Below, in pieces: positions 36,401 to 51,400 of a stretch of 64,000 nucleotides of DNA (position 1 is its first letter; every line of letters begins with the position of its first letter). The stretch is taken from assembly GCA_964019335.1 (NCBI GenBank), contig OZ025713.1:186001-250000 (forward strand). The letters are read 5' to 3'. Made by a program: the position numbers and the translations under genes. Source of the stretch: Diplonema japonicum. Taxonomy: Eukaryota; Protista; Euglenozoa: Diplonemea. The notes beneath the pieces were generated by a model. The model made no database searches, had not been told where the DNA came from, and saw only the letters and a program-made list of their open reading frames with translations.

Positions 36401-39400
36401 ATGCATTCACCCGCTCGTCCAGCATCGTCTCCGAGTGAAGCGATGTCCACGGGACCTGAAACATTGAGTGCACGCTGTTGAAGCCGTTCTCCAAAGCACG
36501 CGTCTTGTCGAAGCGACCATCTGCACCCGTCGCCATGCATATTTTGTCCCCCTTCATAAAGATAAGCCACCCAACAACCTCTACCATCGGGTCTGTTGTT
36601 GTTGGCTTGTAGTATATTGCCGCGTCGTAGTCTTTGTTGTAGCCCGTGCCGAAGATCAGCGGGTCGCTGCAGGCATCGAGGTTCATGACAGCGTAGTACT
36701 CAGTGATGAGCGAGCTTGTTTCAAGCACAAACTTGCTGTTTGTATACTTGTATACATACACAGACCGATCTAGCAAGACATGGAGCTTGTGTTCTGCGTT
36801 CTGGTCACTCCATGATGACGGAGCAGGGCCGTAGTATGCGGCGTCCACTGCCAGCGTAGTCTTCGCTGGGTAGGCAGTTGTAGATGTTGCCGTCTCTCCG
36901 TGCGTTGTCTTCATCGCCCTTAAGGTCATCTTCACCACGGACCCGCTTTGAATGCCCTGCAGCTGCACTGAAGCGTCAGAGTTCGGTGCCACGTTCCATG
37001 GTGGAGGAAGCCACTTTGATGTAGTCCCCCCGCCCCCGTCTCCGCTCGGGTTAAACAGCTTGGGCACCATGTAGGTCAGCTGTGCGAACGTCTCGTTACA
37101 AAACGTGCCGTACTTACCCCTAGCGCAGGGATTCTCGCAGGTTGGGCCTGTCAGCTCCCCGAGGCACGAGCAGCGTTCCGTTTCTGGGTCGTACTCACCA
37201 CAAGAGATATCTCCGCAAAGCGCACACTCTAAAGAGCAGGCCGGTGCTGCGAGGCTCGTTTGCAAGTACGAAACAACTTCAGCGTTCAGATCCCACAGCT
37301 GCGACCCTGGGACAGGAAACCGCCCTGCCTCGCACTGTGTACAGTCCAGCTCGCCGCTCGTTTGCCGAACGCCAAAGTTCTCATCACACTCGCACGTCAC
37401 GCTCGGCACTTCGACCAGTATCCCTGAAGCATCTTCGAGAGTCTTTGCAGGTTTAGCTAGGACACACTTCCCATGCACCTTGCCGTCTGATGCTACTTTG
37501 TCACAAGGGCATTCTCGTGCTGCTCCAGACGGGTAGCAAATGCTCAGCGATACAGTGGCATCACCACCAAGTGCCTTTAACCCGACCACGAACGGCCCGC
37601 AAGCGTTGATGGTGCAGGCGGAGGTACCGCCTCCTGACCCCGCGTGACCACGGCAGTGGAACCGCGTTACCCCGTCTGACATCATTGCATTTGTGAGGTC
37701 CATGTCAGGCTCGTCGCCGACCATCAGGCCCAGGATCGCCTTCCCACTTACGACACGTTTCTTCACGGTTAGCGTCACGGCTGCAGAGTCCACGTCAGAT
37801 ACGGAATAACTGTTGAATACAACGTTCTTTACCATGCCTTCCGTAACGTTTACTTGTATTTCCAGTCCGGCTTCCGTGCTGTCTGTGCCGCCGCAAGGTG
37901 TGCTGGGGTCTGTGTTTCCAGCGCAAGGGTTGCACATTTTCACTTCCCCAGACCCCCAGAAGTCTGTTGCGATGGGACAATTTTGGTTCACGATGAACTC
38001 CTCGCCTGTCGTCACCACCTGCTCCTCTTGGGTTGCAACTGCTATCAGCTCGGCAATCACCGGGAAGGAGCCGATCGTAGCCGAGCTCGTCACAGTCTCC
38101 GTCACCTGAGCAGCCACGTCTGCCGCTGTAGTCTCAGGGGTTGTGATTTCTGAAACTACCTCAAGATATGCCCCTTGTTGCTGTTGAAGTTTCCGTTGGA
38201 GTTCTTCCCATAAAATGTAAGGACCTGTCTCCGATTCAGAGAAGTGGTACCTCACCGAGGCGATGCTCACAACTGCATCCATCGGAAGACCTACCGAGAG
38301 CGCTGAGGTGATGTCGTCGAAGAGTGCCTTGAGTTGTGCCTTTGCAGCAGGTGTTGGGTTGTCCCCCAACATGTTGTTGAACTCCTCCTCACTGACTATG
38401 AAGGCAAGCGACACCTCGACCGTCTTCATTTTCACTACTATGGGTGCTGCTTTTTTCTTGCAGATGCACGGAAGGACCGAAGTGCAGAGCCCAAACCCTT
38501 CACGAATAGCAGTACAATTCCCGTCAGGCAGCAGGGTGCATCCGTTGTCGAGTGTGCAAGATGCAGCAGTAGGGGATGATGTATTATGCCCCGGGCACTG
38601 ATTCTCCGGGTGGAACCATACACGGAACGGTCTGGTGATGTCGCCGTCTGAACCCAACACAACAGAGCACCCTCCCTGCCATCGCTCGTCTCCTATGGAG
38701 GCGGGGTCCGTGACTCCGCCGGTTTGGCTTGTTTTGTAGCCTGACTCCAGCTTGCCAGTGTACGACGACCTCGCCTCTCCAGCATCGTAAACTGGATACG
38801 ATCCCCATGTCGGTAAGGTTCCATTCAGGATTTGTGTCTTGTAAAGCTGGCACACCGCTGCCCTGCACTCGTCAGGCGAAGTGACATCGACGATCTCAGA
38901 CACCGACAGAGTACCTCCGATGGCTAGCTTTATCGGAGTGCTGCCGCAACCCGGCCCGAACGTCTGGATGATGAACTCCTCTTCTGTGTTTGCTTTACAG
39001 GTCTCATTGTAAACCACTGGCGGACCGAGGTCCCGGAGACACACGCATCGAACATTCTTCTTACCGGCTGTGATGCAGGACGAGGGTTCAGTTGTTGTAA
39101 GCTCGAACCAGGAAGCAAGGAACTCGCACTGTGCGGTGTCGCTGACACAGCGAGCGGAGCAGCCTGTGGGGATCTGGCCTGCAGTTCTGTTGGCAGGGTC
39201 AGGAACGGGGAGGTCCGCCAAATAATTTACGTCAGCAAGTGCACAAAGCGCGGCCTGGCACTGCTTCGACGTTACGACTGGTGCGTATCCCGCGGCCTCG
39301 CACGACTCCTTATCGGTGACAAACACATACTCATACTGATGGGCGTACCCGTCGCTGCTGCTCACAACAGTGATATACTCAGTCACTGCAGGGTCCAACC

Positions 39401-42400
39401 ATTCGGTTTCCAGCTTGTTTGTCAACCCGAGTCCCTCCGAGGTACCTGCATCGCATACTTGCCTGAAGAGCTCCACAGCTCCGCATACAGCAGAGCTGCA
39501 CAGTCCCCCAGCATCGTCTCTGCACTTGCCTTCAACCACAGTACAGGTGGTATCGCATCCATCACATTCATCTGCCTCAGTGCATCTCCCACCAATGTAT
39601 AGGAAACAAATAAGATCTGCTGTTCCGTCTCCTTGCGAGGGGTACTCATCAGATGCCCCGTCTCGCACTGCCTCCCACAAGCCATCAGTGTCCACGGTAA
39701 ATGTAAGAGTCTCACCAGCTTTAATGGAAAGTATGCATTTGGGTCCCTCCATTGGAGGTGCAGCGCCTTGGAAAGCAACCCCTCGAACAAAGCAGTTCGT
39801 CTTCGCGATAGAAAGAGCTAGGTCTCTGCAGTGGTTCTCCCAATAAGTGTTTCCTAGATATGAGGGACCGATGTCACCAGTAAGTACAAGGGCGTACTCA
39901 GTGAAGCGCCTACCGTCCCTATCAACGCAATATCCTTCACCTAAGAACTCGCCAACAACAATGCCAGCAGTATTCTCAAGGGGGCGCGGAGTCGGGGCTG
40001 GTGTCGGTGCTGGTGTAGGCTGAGGGGTGTGCGGCTTGCACAGACCATCGATCTCGCTGCATTCCCCAAGGTTCACAGCTGTGTCCTCGAGCTTGCAGAG
40101 ACAGACTCCGTCCTTCACGAATGGCCCAACAGAGTAGTCGTCTAGTGATTGCTTACAAACGCTATTGGTAGCAGGGTACCCGCACCACCCTGCCCTCTGC
40201 GATTCCTCAGGGCTGATGGGACGAGCGTTACATGTGCCACCACCTTCAATCGACTTTTGAAAAGGCCATGCTTGGGCCACGGGCTTCTCGGGCTTTTGGA
40301 TAGGCGTATCGTCGGGACAAACGTTGCGCTCGTAAAGAAAGTACCTCAAAGAGGGTTCGTGTTCACACGGACCGTGTGTGATGATGCAAGAAGCGTCCTG
40401 CTGCGACCATGACATGTGCGTGCAAGTTCCGTCCGACACGCAGCTGGCTTCGCACTCCAAGAGACTGGCGACAATAAGGTTGTCCCCCTCGCGACACCTC
40501 CCAGCCCCGAGCTCTATCGAGCAGCCAGAGGCACGTCGCCTGTATATACAACTCACAAGTGGACCGCCTGGGTACACCGTTGCAGCACACTGCTTGCATT
40601 CATCTGCTGTCGGCGAGCTTGCTGGGAAAGTGTCCATACACCAACACACGCTTTTCCCTTCTGCGTCAAATTGGAAACTGAAAAACTGGTAGCCCACGCA
40701 GGCGGAGTAGCAGTATCCAGTGGACGCATTCCCGATAGCAGGGAAGTACGGCCCAACAAAGGACGCCGTGTTGCTGTGCACGCAGGTTTCCCAACCTGAA
40801 ATGGTCGGCGGTGCTGGAGCTGTTTTGCAGATGACGTGGCATCTCTGCATCACCGCAGGACAAGTAATCATGCTAGTATCGCCTCCAGCTGTGTTGAAGT
40901 AGACCCTGTTATTGCTCTGATCGTTCCAACAGCCCGCAGGATACTCATCAGTGTTCAATGGCGATGTGGGCTTCGAGTAGAAGATGTGTAGGGCATCGGC
41001 CGCTGCATAACACTCCGTTTCGTCCTCGATTGGGAGCTTGCCGTCTTCACACTGCACCATGCCGTGCGCGAATTGGTATGGAGCTGGTTCCTTCACGTAA
41101 CACTGGCTTTGAGAGACACAGGCATCACGAGTGAAGCTGTTGGGAAGTGGAGACCGGAATAGCCAGCATTCTTGACACGCTGTACCATCGGTCTGCACTT
41201 CATATGCAGTGCATGTCGAGTCTGCTAGACATGCCTCGCTGCACGCAGCGTCCGTTCCGCACGAGAACGACGCTAACATGTCCTTCAGCTGCACCGAGTT
41301 CACAAAACAGCAGTTGCTCGTTGTGTTCGGCTTCATCTCTACGTTGCTTGTCTTGAACACACACGACTTATCCAAGCAGCTTGGCTCCAGCCCCACGACG
41401 TTTGCCTCAATTAGAATACACTCCGATGTGGATAGCGAGCGCTCCACAGCAATACACCTTGTGTTCTGTGCGCACTCTGCTTCGCACGTGCTCACGTCGC
41501 TTTGCACTAGAACAGTTTCAATTGGCGTTGAACAGCACCCGTTTGCCGTAGCCTGTAGCTCTGCAGCAGGTACATATGCGCTGTCCTTTCTGAAGCACGA
41601 TGACAAGTCTGTGGTCTCTACGATCGAGGTTGGGATCCCACCCCCGCCTGTCCCACCCACAGCAGTCCATGTCCAGCCCAAGGTTGCCCTTCCATCGGGG
41701 TCGAACACGGTGCACAATAGTCTTCCACCTTGGCCCCCGATTCGCGTCAATTCGTACCCTACACAATTCTCCCTCATCTCAGTGCAGAACCCTCGACACC
41801 GTGTCTCGGATAGGACGACGTCGCTAGAGGCCTCTAGGTATATAGTCCACCCGTTGATAGTGTCGTATCCATCACGGCACTTTCCTTGTCCCACTAGGGT
41901 GTACGGCTCCGAGGGAATGTGGGGTAGAACTCCATTGTCGCAAGGCCACTCAGGGCACAAGATGCTTCCGAGGCTGTCTGTGCTCTCGCACGTCCCACGT
42001 AGACCGGTCGACTGCGGGTGTTCTGGAGGGCAGACTCCCGTACTTCCCACAGAAGTGCACCTTGTCCCGTCTGTAATCTCTTGGAACCTCGTGAGAACCA
42101 TTTCGCCACAACGTTGGCCACGGAAGCTATGCATACCGTGCAGAACGAGAGGGACGACGCTGATGTCTGTGAAAATCTCCGTGTGGTTGCCCCACATGAG
42201 GATGACCGAACCGTTCGGGGTTTTTCCCAACGAACCCCTTGGCCCTTGTGTATCGAAAAGCGTCTCAACTGACCCGTTGCTGTAGATGCGCAATGTGCTT
42301 CTGAGGCGGGTGTCGTCACACCTAAGATCGTTCCATTCAGCTTGCCACACGCCTGATAGCCCGCAGTACGCAAAATTGCATTGTGCAGGGGCACTTGTTC

Positions 42401-45400
42401 CCACTCCTGAATATGCCCCTGTGCACTCGCACATGAAGTTTCTATCGAACAGAGCATCTGTGTCAGTACACGTTTGCGTCGAGTCTGTGTCGCCTCTGCA
42501 ACGACGGGTGCCATTTTTGCAGTCGTCTGGCAAGCACATCATGCACTTCATCGGGCAGAGATCACGCACCTTGTACGTTGGTGGATAGTCGGTCGTACCC
42601 GTCAAAGCGTTCAGTCTGGCATTGCATTGTGAAATGCCCCATCTAACACACAACGACGTGTCGACGCACCCGTGGTCTTCGCATGTCTTGTTCTCGCACG
42701 AATACGGGCACTCATTGGCATTAGGGTACGGGCAACATGACGACCCGTTAGCGCTGCTGTACGGGTAGGACACAGGGCACTTCAATGTGTCTAGAACAAC
42801 CGACGCAACACATGTAACAGGGCACAGCTGGGTTCCCGTGAACCACCCGTCTGGGAGCGACACGTTCGCGTTATCGCACCATGAAGAATTGGACGCGTCG
42901 GTCCCACACTGCGGGTGGTCCGTTTCAGCTCTAGAACCGCAGATATCAGAAGGACACGGTATGCATTCTGTGCCGTCGGACGAACAGCAGATAGACCTTC
43001 CCATAATGCCTATGCGGGGGACCGGGTGGCTTGCTTTGCATGGTGCTTCACAAATTCCATTTACATTCACCGCGGGCCATCTGCACGAACATCTGTAGTT
43101 GCCGTCCTTAACTCCATCATCGTCGTGGCACAGCATCTCTTTTGTGCATGGATTGACAGAGCAGTCGGTCACACCGCATGTCCCGCAAAGCACTGGGCAC
43201 GCATACGCTACCCTGTAGTCAAACACGGGACCTGCGGAGTAGAATCCTGAACACACCATGTTAGAGCATCCTGCTGCGTCCATACAACTGCTGGGGGTGT
43301 TGTCGAAGCAGCTGGTGTAGTTGCACGGGATACACGTCCCTGGGAGCGGCGGCGGGATATCGCAACACATGTTGGCCATGCCATCGTATACAGGGTATTC
43401 TGGGGAACATGTAGACATGCAGCTGGCAGGTTCAGACACCGAGCTTCCTATGAGGGGTTCCAGACAGCTGCAGAAATATTGGTTATTCGCGACACCATCG
43501 GGGTCAGAACAGGTTTGCGACGACGTGCAAGGGTTTGTCAGACAATCATCTACAGGGGTTTCACTGCAATACACCCCGTCCCTGTCAAGTACTCCATCTA
43601 GATCTCTACAGAACGGTGTGACGCCTTGGCACAGTGCAGCGTTGCTACAACTTCCAATGCACATTCCGCAAGTCACTGGGCAGTCGGCGCAGTTGAAACT
43701 CCCCCGCATCGATCTGCATTGAGGCATGTCACTGTTTGCAGTGCAAGTGCACTCTGCGCCCATCCCGTTGAGCATCCCATCGGAGTCTGTACAACCGTCA
43801 GGACAGCTCATTGTGCTGCAGTCGTCCACGGTCGCCGCACATGTGTTGCAGGTAAGCTGGCAAATCCCTGCCCATCTTGGGTCACTACAGAGTCCGGTGC
43901 TGACAGGGTTGAGCCACTGGTAATCAGCACACATTCCATTGTCAAGGCACGCGTAGTCACGGGTTGGTATCCCTATCGGGTTAGCTGTCGTATCGCATGT
44001 TGGTGTTGCGCAGCAATATGTATTTTGCATCCCTGGTGACACTGGCATGGGGGGGTTACCCGAATGCGGAAATGCTTGCGAGCAGACATGCTCACAGACC
44101 GCATGCCCATTATCTGCCCTTCCGGCGAGGGGTGGTATGCAACTGCATGAATAGCCCATCCCGTTGGCCACATTGTCCCTGTCGAAGCAGGTTTGATCAG
44201 ACGGGCACGCCCCATTAGCGCAGTCGTCACCGGGACTGTTGCTGCTGCATCCATAGAACTGCACGCTCAGTGAGACATCAGGGGTGCCCATCATATTAGC
44301 TATCCTCACATACCTTGCAAAGATCGAGGGCACAAGGGGATATGACATGGACGGACATGACAGCGGTGGGGTCACAGGTCCTGTGTAGCCCGTGGTCCAT
44401 GTCGAAGTGTCGTTGCTGTATTCCAGGGTAAGCGACGACACAGAAGCAGTGTTGAGGTTACTTTTCAGGACGAAGGAAACGACTTCAGAGACCTCTGGGA
44501 ACCTGACTAGCAGCCACTCTGTGGGACCAGACGTCACTGGACACCACACGTCATTGTTGCACATAGGTACATTGGGAGTCTCTGCGTTACACGGCATCCC
44601 GCCGACAGACCCCACGGAACTAGCGAGAATTAAATCGGGAGTCAGGAAGGAGCTGCATCCGCCTCCTGGAGACGTACCGGGAGACGGTGTTGACAACCAT
44701 TCGTAGAACTCCAAGTTGTTTCCGATTGCTACAGCGTAATGCATGCTTGTCAGGAAACCCGTCATAGGATGGTCTACCATGTTCATCAACGAGAGTGTTG
44801 TCACTGTGCTTGGTGCTGTGATGGTAGACGTTTCCATGAAGTAGAAAGTTCCACACCCAAGGCCGCCGCAGAGCCCAAGCACAGCGTTGTCATGCACAGC
44901 TAGGTGATGCAGTGGACCGGTGATGACGGAACTTACGAATGTCCAAAAAATGGAGGGGTCGTTGCTCACTTCATAGATCTTCATCTCCATGCCGTCACCC
45001 ATCACGAAGTAACTGTTTCCGTTTTCCGTCCGCAGGAACTCGAGGCAAGTCGCGAAGGTTGAGTCAAACCCGCTAAACATAGGCGGCATCCCTGCGAATA
45101 GCTGGTATTTTTGCAACCCAGCTGTCGCGTCACCGACGATCAACCAGCTACTCGACGTAGCACAGTACGCAGCCGCAGAGATTGGGCTGTACAGTGTCTG
45201 GTTAGATACGAGGAACATGGCGCCGGCATCAATCACGTGCACGGTATTACCTGAGATGTAGAAGATCTCTGCACCGTTTGTGCACAGCGTATTCGCAACT
45301 TCGCCCACGATAACACTGCTCATTAAGCCACCCGAACTGTCTACCTTTTGCAAAGATACACCAATTGACACAAAGAATTCCACGCCATTTGTTACAATAT

Positions 45401-48400
45401 GACCGGGTTGCCCTGCTGGCGTTAAAGTTCCCACACTAGCAGGTGGCGAGAGGTTAGTATCGTACCTCGTAATGTTACTGCCTTCAATCACAAAAAGAGC
45501 GCCACCCGCCATTGCCATGTCTATCACTGGGCCGCCGTTCGATGTTATGGTACTGATCAGGCTGAATCCTGCTCCACCTGGGGTATTCGTTTGCATTCCA
45601 TAACCAGTATGAGTAACCCTATCGTAGCGAGTGAGCTGTGACATCGACAACAACAGGTACATGTCGTCCGTCACAACAGCACCAGCTGCCGTTCCACCCG
45701 TTTCAAGCATCGAGAACGAACCGAGATCAACGATGTTGTAAATATCAGAAACATTGTAAGTGTACACAGTCTGACAGGCATCACACAGAGCCACAAGAAG
45801 GCCACTCGAAACACTCACATGACTCAGTCCATCGAGTGTGAAGGTCCTCAGGTCTTGCGTACCACCTGTTCCGAGTACCTCGATCACCTTCAGATGGTGA
45901 GGCAAAGAGCCACCAAGACCCGCCAACGCAAAGTAAGAGTTCCCTGAGGAGGAACTTGTTTCGATTACCGCAATTTCCTTAACGATGTCAATCCCTGATA
46001 TGAAGAAGTGGAGACCAGGTAAGGAATAGATATGTAACCCTGATTGGTCACTAACAATTACGTGATCATCAGAAGCAGCAATGGAAACAGGTGGCATGAA
46101 GCTTCCAGATACATTTGCAACAACGTTAAATCCCACCGTAGACGCAGTGAATTGCAACACGCTATTTTCAGTTACAGCATAAATGTTGTTACCTCGAACA
46201 GTAAACGTAAAGACTCCTGAATTCACATTGTAACTCGCCAAGATAGCCATTCCATCCATGAGATATAGCGTGGTACCTCCAATTGCAAACAAGTGGGTCG
46301 CATTCGATGATACAAGGTCTGCCATCGGAACTGCTGCTATGTCAACCAGTACTGTTGGGGGATCAGTGCCGATATCGAATTGTCGGATCATGCCTGCACT
46401 TGTGGTGTATGCCATGTTTGTGTCACTCATCACAGCAAGGCCATCATTGCCAGATGTCATCACATTGCCTGTCTCCTGTAGCCCGTAAAATGGGCCAGTC
46501 GGTGTGGGGTCAACAGGTACAGTGGCGTACCCAGTATAAGCGACCCTATCGTAGCGAGTGAGCTGTGACATCGACAACAACAGGTACATGTCGTCCGTCA
46601 CAACAGCACCAGCTGCCGTTCCACCCGTTTCAAGCATCGAGAACGAACCGAGATCAACGATGTTGTAAATATCAGAAACATTGTAAGTGTACACAGTCTG
46701 ACAGGCATCACACAGAGCCACAAGAAGGCCACTCGAAACACTCACATGACTCAGTCCATCGAGTGTGAAGGTCCTCAAGTCGTTCACCATCCCAAAGGAA
46801 CCAAGTACCTCGATCACCTTCAGATGGTGAGGCAAAGAGCCACCAAGACCTGCCAATGCAAAGTAAGAGTTCCCAGAAACACTTGACTCGATGACAGCCA
46901 CATCGGTTGCCACGTCAGACCCTGACCAGAAGCTGGATAACCCAGAAACACTGTAGACAGAGTAGCCATTGGCATCAGTGACAATCACGTGGTCATCAGA
47001 AGCAGCAATAGAAACAGGTGGCATGAAGCTTCCAGGTGCACTTGTAATGAAGTTGAAGGCCGTTGAAGAAGCAGTAAGGTGTGTCAAGGAAGTTGAAGTA
47101 GCTACATAAATGTTCCCCCCTCGCACAGTCATTGCAAGAGCATTCGAACTTCCAACGAAGTAGCTCGTCACAGCAATCATTCCATCCATGAGGTAAACAG
47201 TGCCAGTTCCATGTGCGAACAAGTGGGTTTCATTCGATGAAACAAGGTCGGCCATCGGAACTGCTGCTATGTCAACCATCAGCATTGGGGGGTTTGTGCC
47301 GATGTCGAATTGTCGGATCATGCCTGCACTTGTGGTGTATGCCATGTTTGTGTCACTCGTCACAGCAAGGCCATCATTGCCAGATGTCATCACATTGCCT
47401 GTCTCCTGTAGCCCATAAAATGGACCAGTTGGTGTGGGGTCAACAGGTACAGTGGCGTACCCAGTATAAGCGACCCTATCGTAGCGAGTGAGCTGTGACA
47501 TCGACAACAACAGGTACATGTCGTCCGTCACAACAGCACCAGCTGCCGTTCCACCCGTTTCAAGCATCGAGAACGAACCGAGATCAACGATGTTGTAAAT
47601 ATCAGAAACATTGTAAGTGTACACAGTCTGACAGGCATCACACAGAGCCACAAGAAGGCCACTCGAAACACTCACATGACTCAGTCCATCGAGTGTGAAG
47701 GTCCTCAAGTCGTTCACCATCCCAAAGGAACCAAGTACCTCGATCACCTTCAGATGGTGAGGCAAAGAGCCACCAAGACCCGCCAATGCAAAGTAAGAGT
47801 TCCCAGAAACACTTGACTCGATGACAGCCACATCGGTTGCCACGTCAGACCCTGACCAGAAGCTGGATAACCCAGAAACACTGTAGACAGAGTAGCCATT
47901 GGCATCAGTGACAATCACGTGGTCATCAGAAGCAGCAATAGAAACAGGTGGCATGAAGCTTCCAGGTGCACTTGTAATGAAGTTGAAGGCCGTTGAAGAA
48001 GCAGTAAGGTGTGTCAAGGAAGTTGAAGTAGCTACATAAATGTTCCCCCCTCGCACAGTCATTGCAAGAGCATTCGAACTTCCAACGAAGTAGCTCGTCA
48101 CAGCAATCATTCCATCCATGAGGTAAACAGTGCCAGTTCCATGTGCGAACAAGTGGGTCGCATTCGATGATACAAGGTCTGCCATCGGAACTGCTGCTAT
48201 GTCAACCAGTACTGCTGGGGGATCAGTGCCGATGTCGAATTGTCGGATCATGCCTGCACTTGTGGTGTATGCCATGTTTGTGTCACTCGTCACAGCAAGG
48301 CCATCATTGCCAGATGTCATCACATTGCCTGTCTCTTGGAGCCCGTAAAATGGACCAGTCGGTGTGGGGTCAACAGGTACAGTGGCGTACCCAGTATGAG

Positions 48401-51400
48401 TAACCCTATCGTAGCGAGTGAGCTGTGACATCGACAACAACAGGTACATGTCGTCCGTCACAACAGCACCAGCTGCCGTTCCACCCGTTTCAATCATCGA
48501 GAACGAACCGAGATCAACAATGTTGAAAACATCAGAAACATTGTAAGTGTACACAGTCTGACAGGCATCACACAGAGCCACAAGAAGGCCACTCGAAACA
48601 CTCACATGGCTCAGTCCATCGAGTGTGAAGGTCCTCAAGTCGTTCACCATCCCAAAGGAACCAAGTACCTCGATCACTTTCAGATGGTGAGGCAAAGAGC
48701 CACCAAGACCTGCCAATGCAAAGTAAGAGTTCCCAGAAACACTTGACTCGATGACAGCCACATCGGTTGCCACGTCAGACCCTGACCAGAAGCTGGATAA
48801 CCCAGAAACACTGTAGACAGAGTAGCCATTGGCATCAGTGACAATCACGTGGTCATCAGAAGCAGCAATGGAGACAGGTGGCATGAAGCTTCCAGGTGCA
48901 CTTGTAATGAAGTTGAAGGCCGTTGAAGAAGCAGTAAGGTGTGTCAAGGAAGTTGAAGTAGCTACATAAATGTTCCCCCCTCGCACAGTCATTGCAAGAG
49001 CATTCGAACTTCCAACGAAGTAGCTCGTCACAGCAATCATTCCATCCATGAGGTAAACAGTGCCAGTTCCATGTGCGAACAAGTGGGTCGCATTCGATGA
49101 TACAAGGTCTGCCATCGGAACTGCTGCTATGCTATACAGGAATGTAGGGGGATTTGTGCTGACGTCGAATTGTCGGATCATGCCTGCACTTGTGGTGTAT
49201 GCCATGTTTGTGTCACTCGTCACAGCAAGGCCATCATTGCCAGATGTCATCACATTGCCAATCTCCTGTAGCCCGTAAAATGGACCAGTCGGTGTGGGGT
49301 CAACAGGTACAGTGGCGTACCCAGTATGAGTAACCCTATCGTAGCGAGTGAGTTGTGACATCGACAACAACAGGTACATGTCGTCCGTCACAACAGCACC
49401 AGCTGCCGTTCCACCCGTTTCAAGCATCGAGAACGAGCCGAGATCAACAATGTTGAAAACATCAGAAACATTGTAAGTGTACACAGTCTGACAGGCATCG
49501 CACAGAGCCACAAGAAGGCCACTCGAGACACTCACATGGCTCAGTCCATCGAGTGTGAAGGTCCTCAAGTCGTTCACCATCCCAAAGGAACCAAGTACCT
49601 CGATCACCTTCAGATGGTGAGGCAAAGAGCCACCAAGACCCGCCAATGCAAAGTAAGAGTTCCCAGAAACACTTGACTCGATGACAGCCACATCGGTTGC
49701 CACGTCAGACCCTGACCAGAAGCTGGATAACCCAGAAACACTGTAGACAGAGTAGCCATTGGCATCAGTGACAATCACGTGGTCATCAGAAGCAGCAATA
49801 GAAACAGGTGGCATGAAGCTTCCAGGTGCACTTGTAATGAAGTTGAAGGCCGTTGAAGAAGCAGTAAGGTGTGTCAAGGAAGTTGAAGTAGCTACATAAA
49901 TGTTCCCCCCTCGCACAGTCATTGCAAGAGCATTCGAACTTCCAACGAAGTAGCTCGTCACAGCAATCATTCCATCCATGAGGTAAACAGTGCCAGTTCC
50001 ATGTGCGAACAAGTGGGTCGCATTCGATGAAACAAGGTCTGCCATCGGAACTGCTGCTATGCTATACAGGAATGTTGGGGGATTTGTGCTGACGTCGAAT
50101 TGTCGGATCATGCCTGCACTTGTGGTGTATGCCATGTTTGTGTCGCTAGTCACAGCAAGATCTCCATTGCCAGATGTCATCACAAAGCCGTTCTCGCTTA
50201 GCCCGTAGAGAATAGTTGTGGTGGTTGTGTTGTCAACAGGCGCAGTCGAGTTATCCACAGGTACAGTTGAGTTATCAACAGGCGCAGTACTATTGTCAAC
50301 AGGTGTTGCGGGGTAACCAACATAGGTTGTCCTGTCATATCGTGTCAAGTAGGTAGCCGACAACAACAGGTACGACTCGGGAAGGACAGCAGCGCCAGGT
50401 GCCGTTCCACCGATCTCTGACGCCGAGAACGTCCCGAGATCAACGATGTTGGAAACATCCGAAACATTGTAAGTGTACACAGTCTGACAGGCATCGCACA
50501 GAGCCACAAGAAGACCACTCGAAACACTCACGCGACTCAGCCCAGATAAGCTAGCGAAGGTATTCACAGTGTTAACCATCCCGTGGGACGAATGAACTTC
50601 AATAACCTTCAGTTGGAACACTGCATTCCCAGAAAACACGAAGTAAGAGACTCCAGAGACGGCTGTTGACGACGATACAAATGCCACATCTGTTGCTATG
50701 TCCGACCCGGACCAGAAGGTAGTCAGACCAGCAATGGTATACACGACGTAACCACTTGAAGAAGCTAAAACAACATGATCATCAGAAGCAGCAATCGAGT
50801 GCGGGACACTGCTGACGGACATGACTGAAATCAAGTTGAATGACGATGAAACTGTAAAATGCAGCAAAGCCGACCCGGTAACCAGAAACAGGTTCTCGCC
50901 TTGAACCGTCATTGCAACGACAGCTGTACCTAGGTAATGGCTAGTCGTGTATACTGTCCCTGACATGAGATAAATGTTGCTCGATCCGTGAACGAACAAG
51001 TGGGTTGCATTAGATGCAACAAGGTCTGCACTCGGGACCGCTACTATGTCAACCAGCGCCACGGGGGGAGCAGTGCCGACGTCGAACTGTCGGATCAGTC
51101 CAGAACTTGTCGTGTACACCGTGTTCGTATCACTCGTCACAGCAAAACCAATGTTGTTAGATGTCGTTGCAGCTGCAGTTACACTAAGTCCATAGAGTGT
51201 GGGTGCAGTCGGAGGCTCAACAGGAGGGTCCACCGGAGGTGCAAAATAAACAGGAGTCGCGACGGGGGTGAAAGACACATTGCTCCTGTCGAACGTGAAT
51301 AGGCTGCTTCCAGAGGCAACGGCAAGCTTGGTGGATGACAATGCACAACCGATTGTGTCATTTACCGCAGGCAGCATGTGTGTGGAAACCAAGGTCGCAG

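Noticed and set aside
29539-42285. Long plus-strand ORFs (e.g. 29539-30561, 34670-35509, 41209-42285)
   Set aside because: Antisense shadows of the giant CDS with no recognisable motifs.
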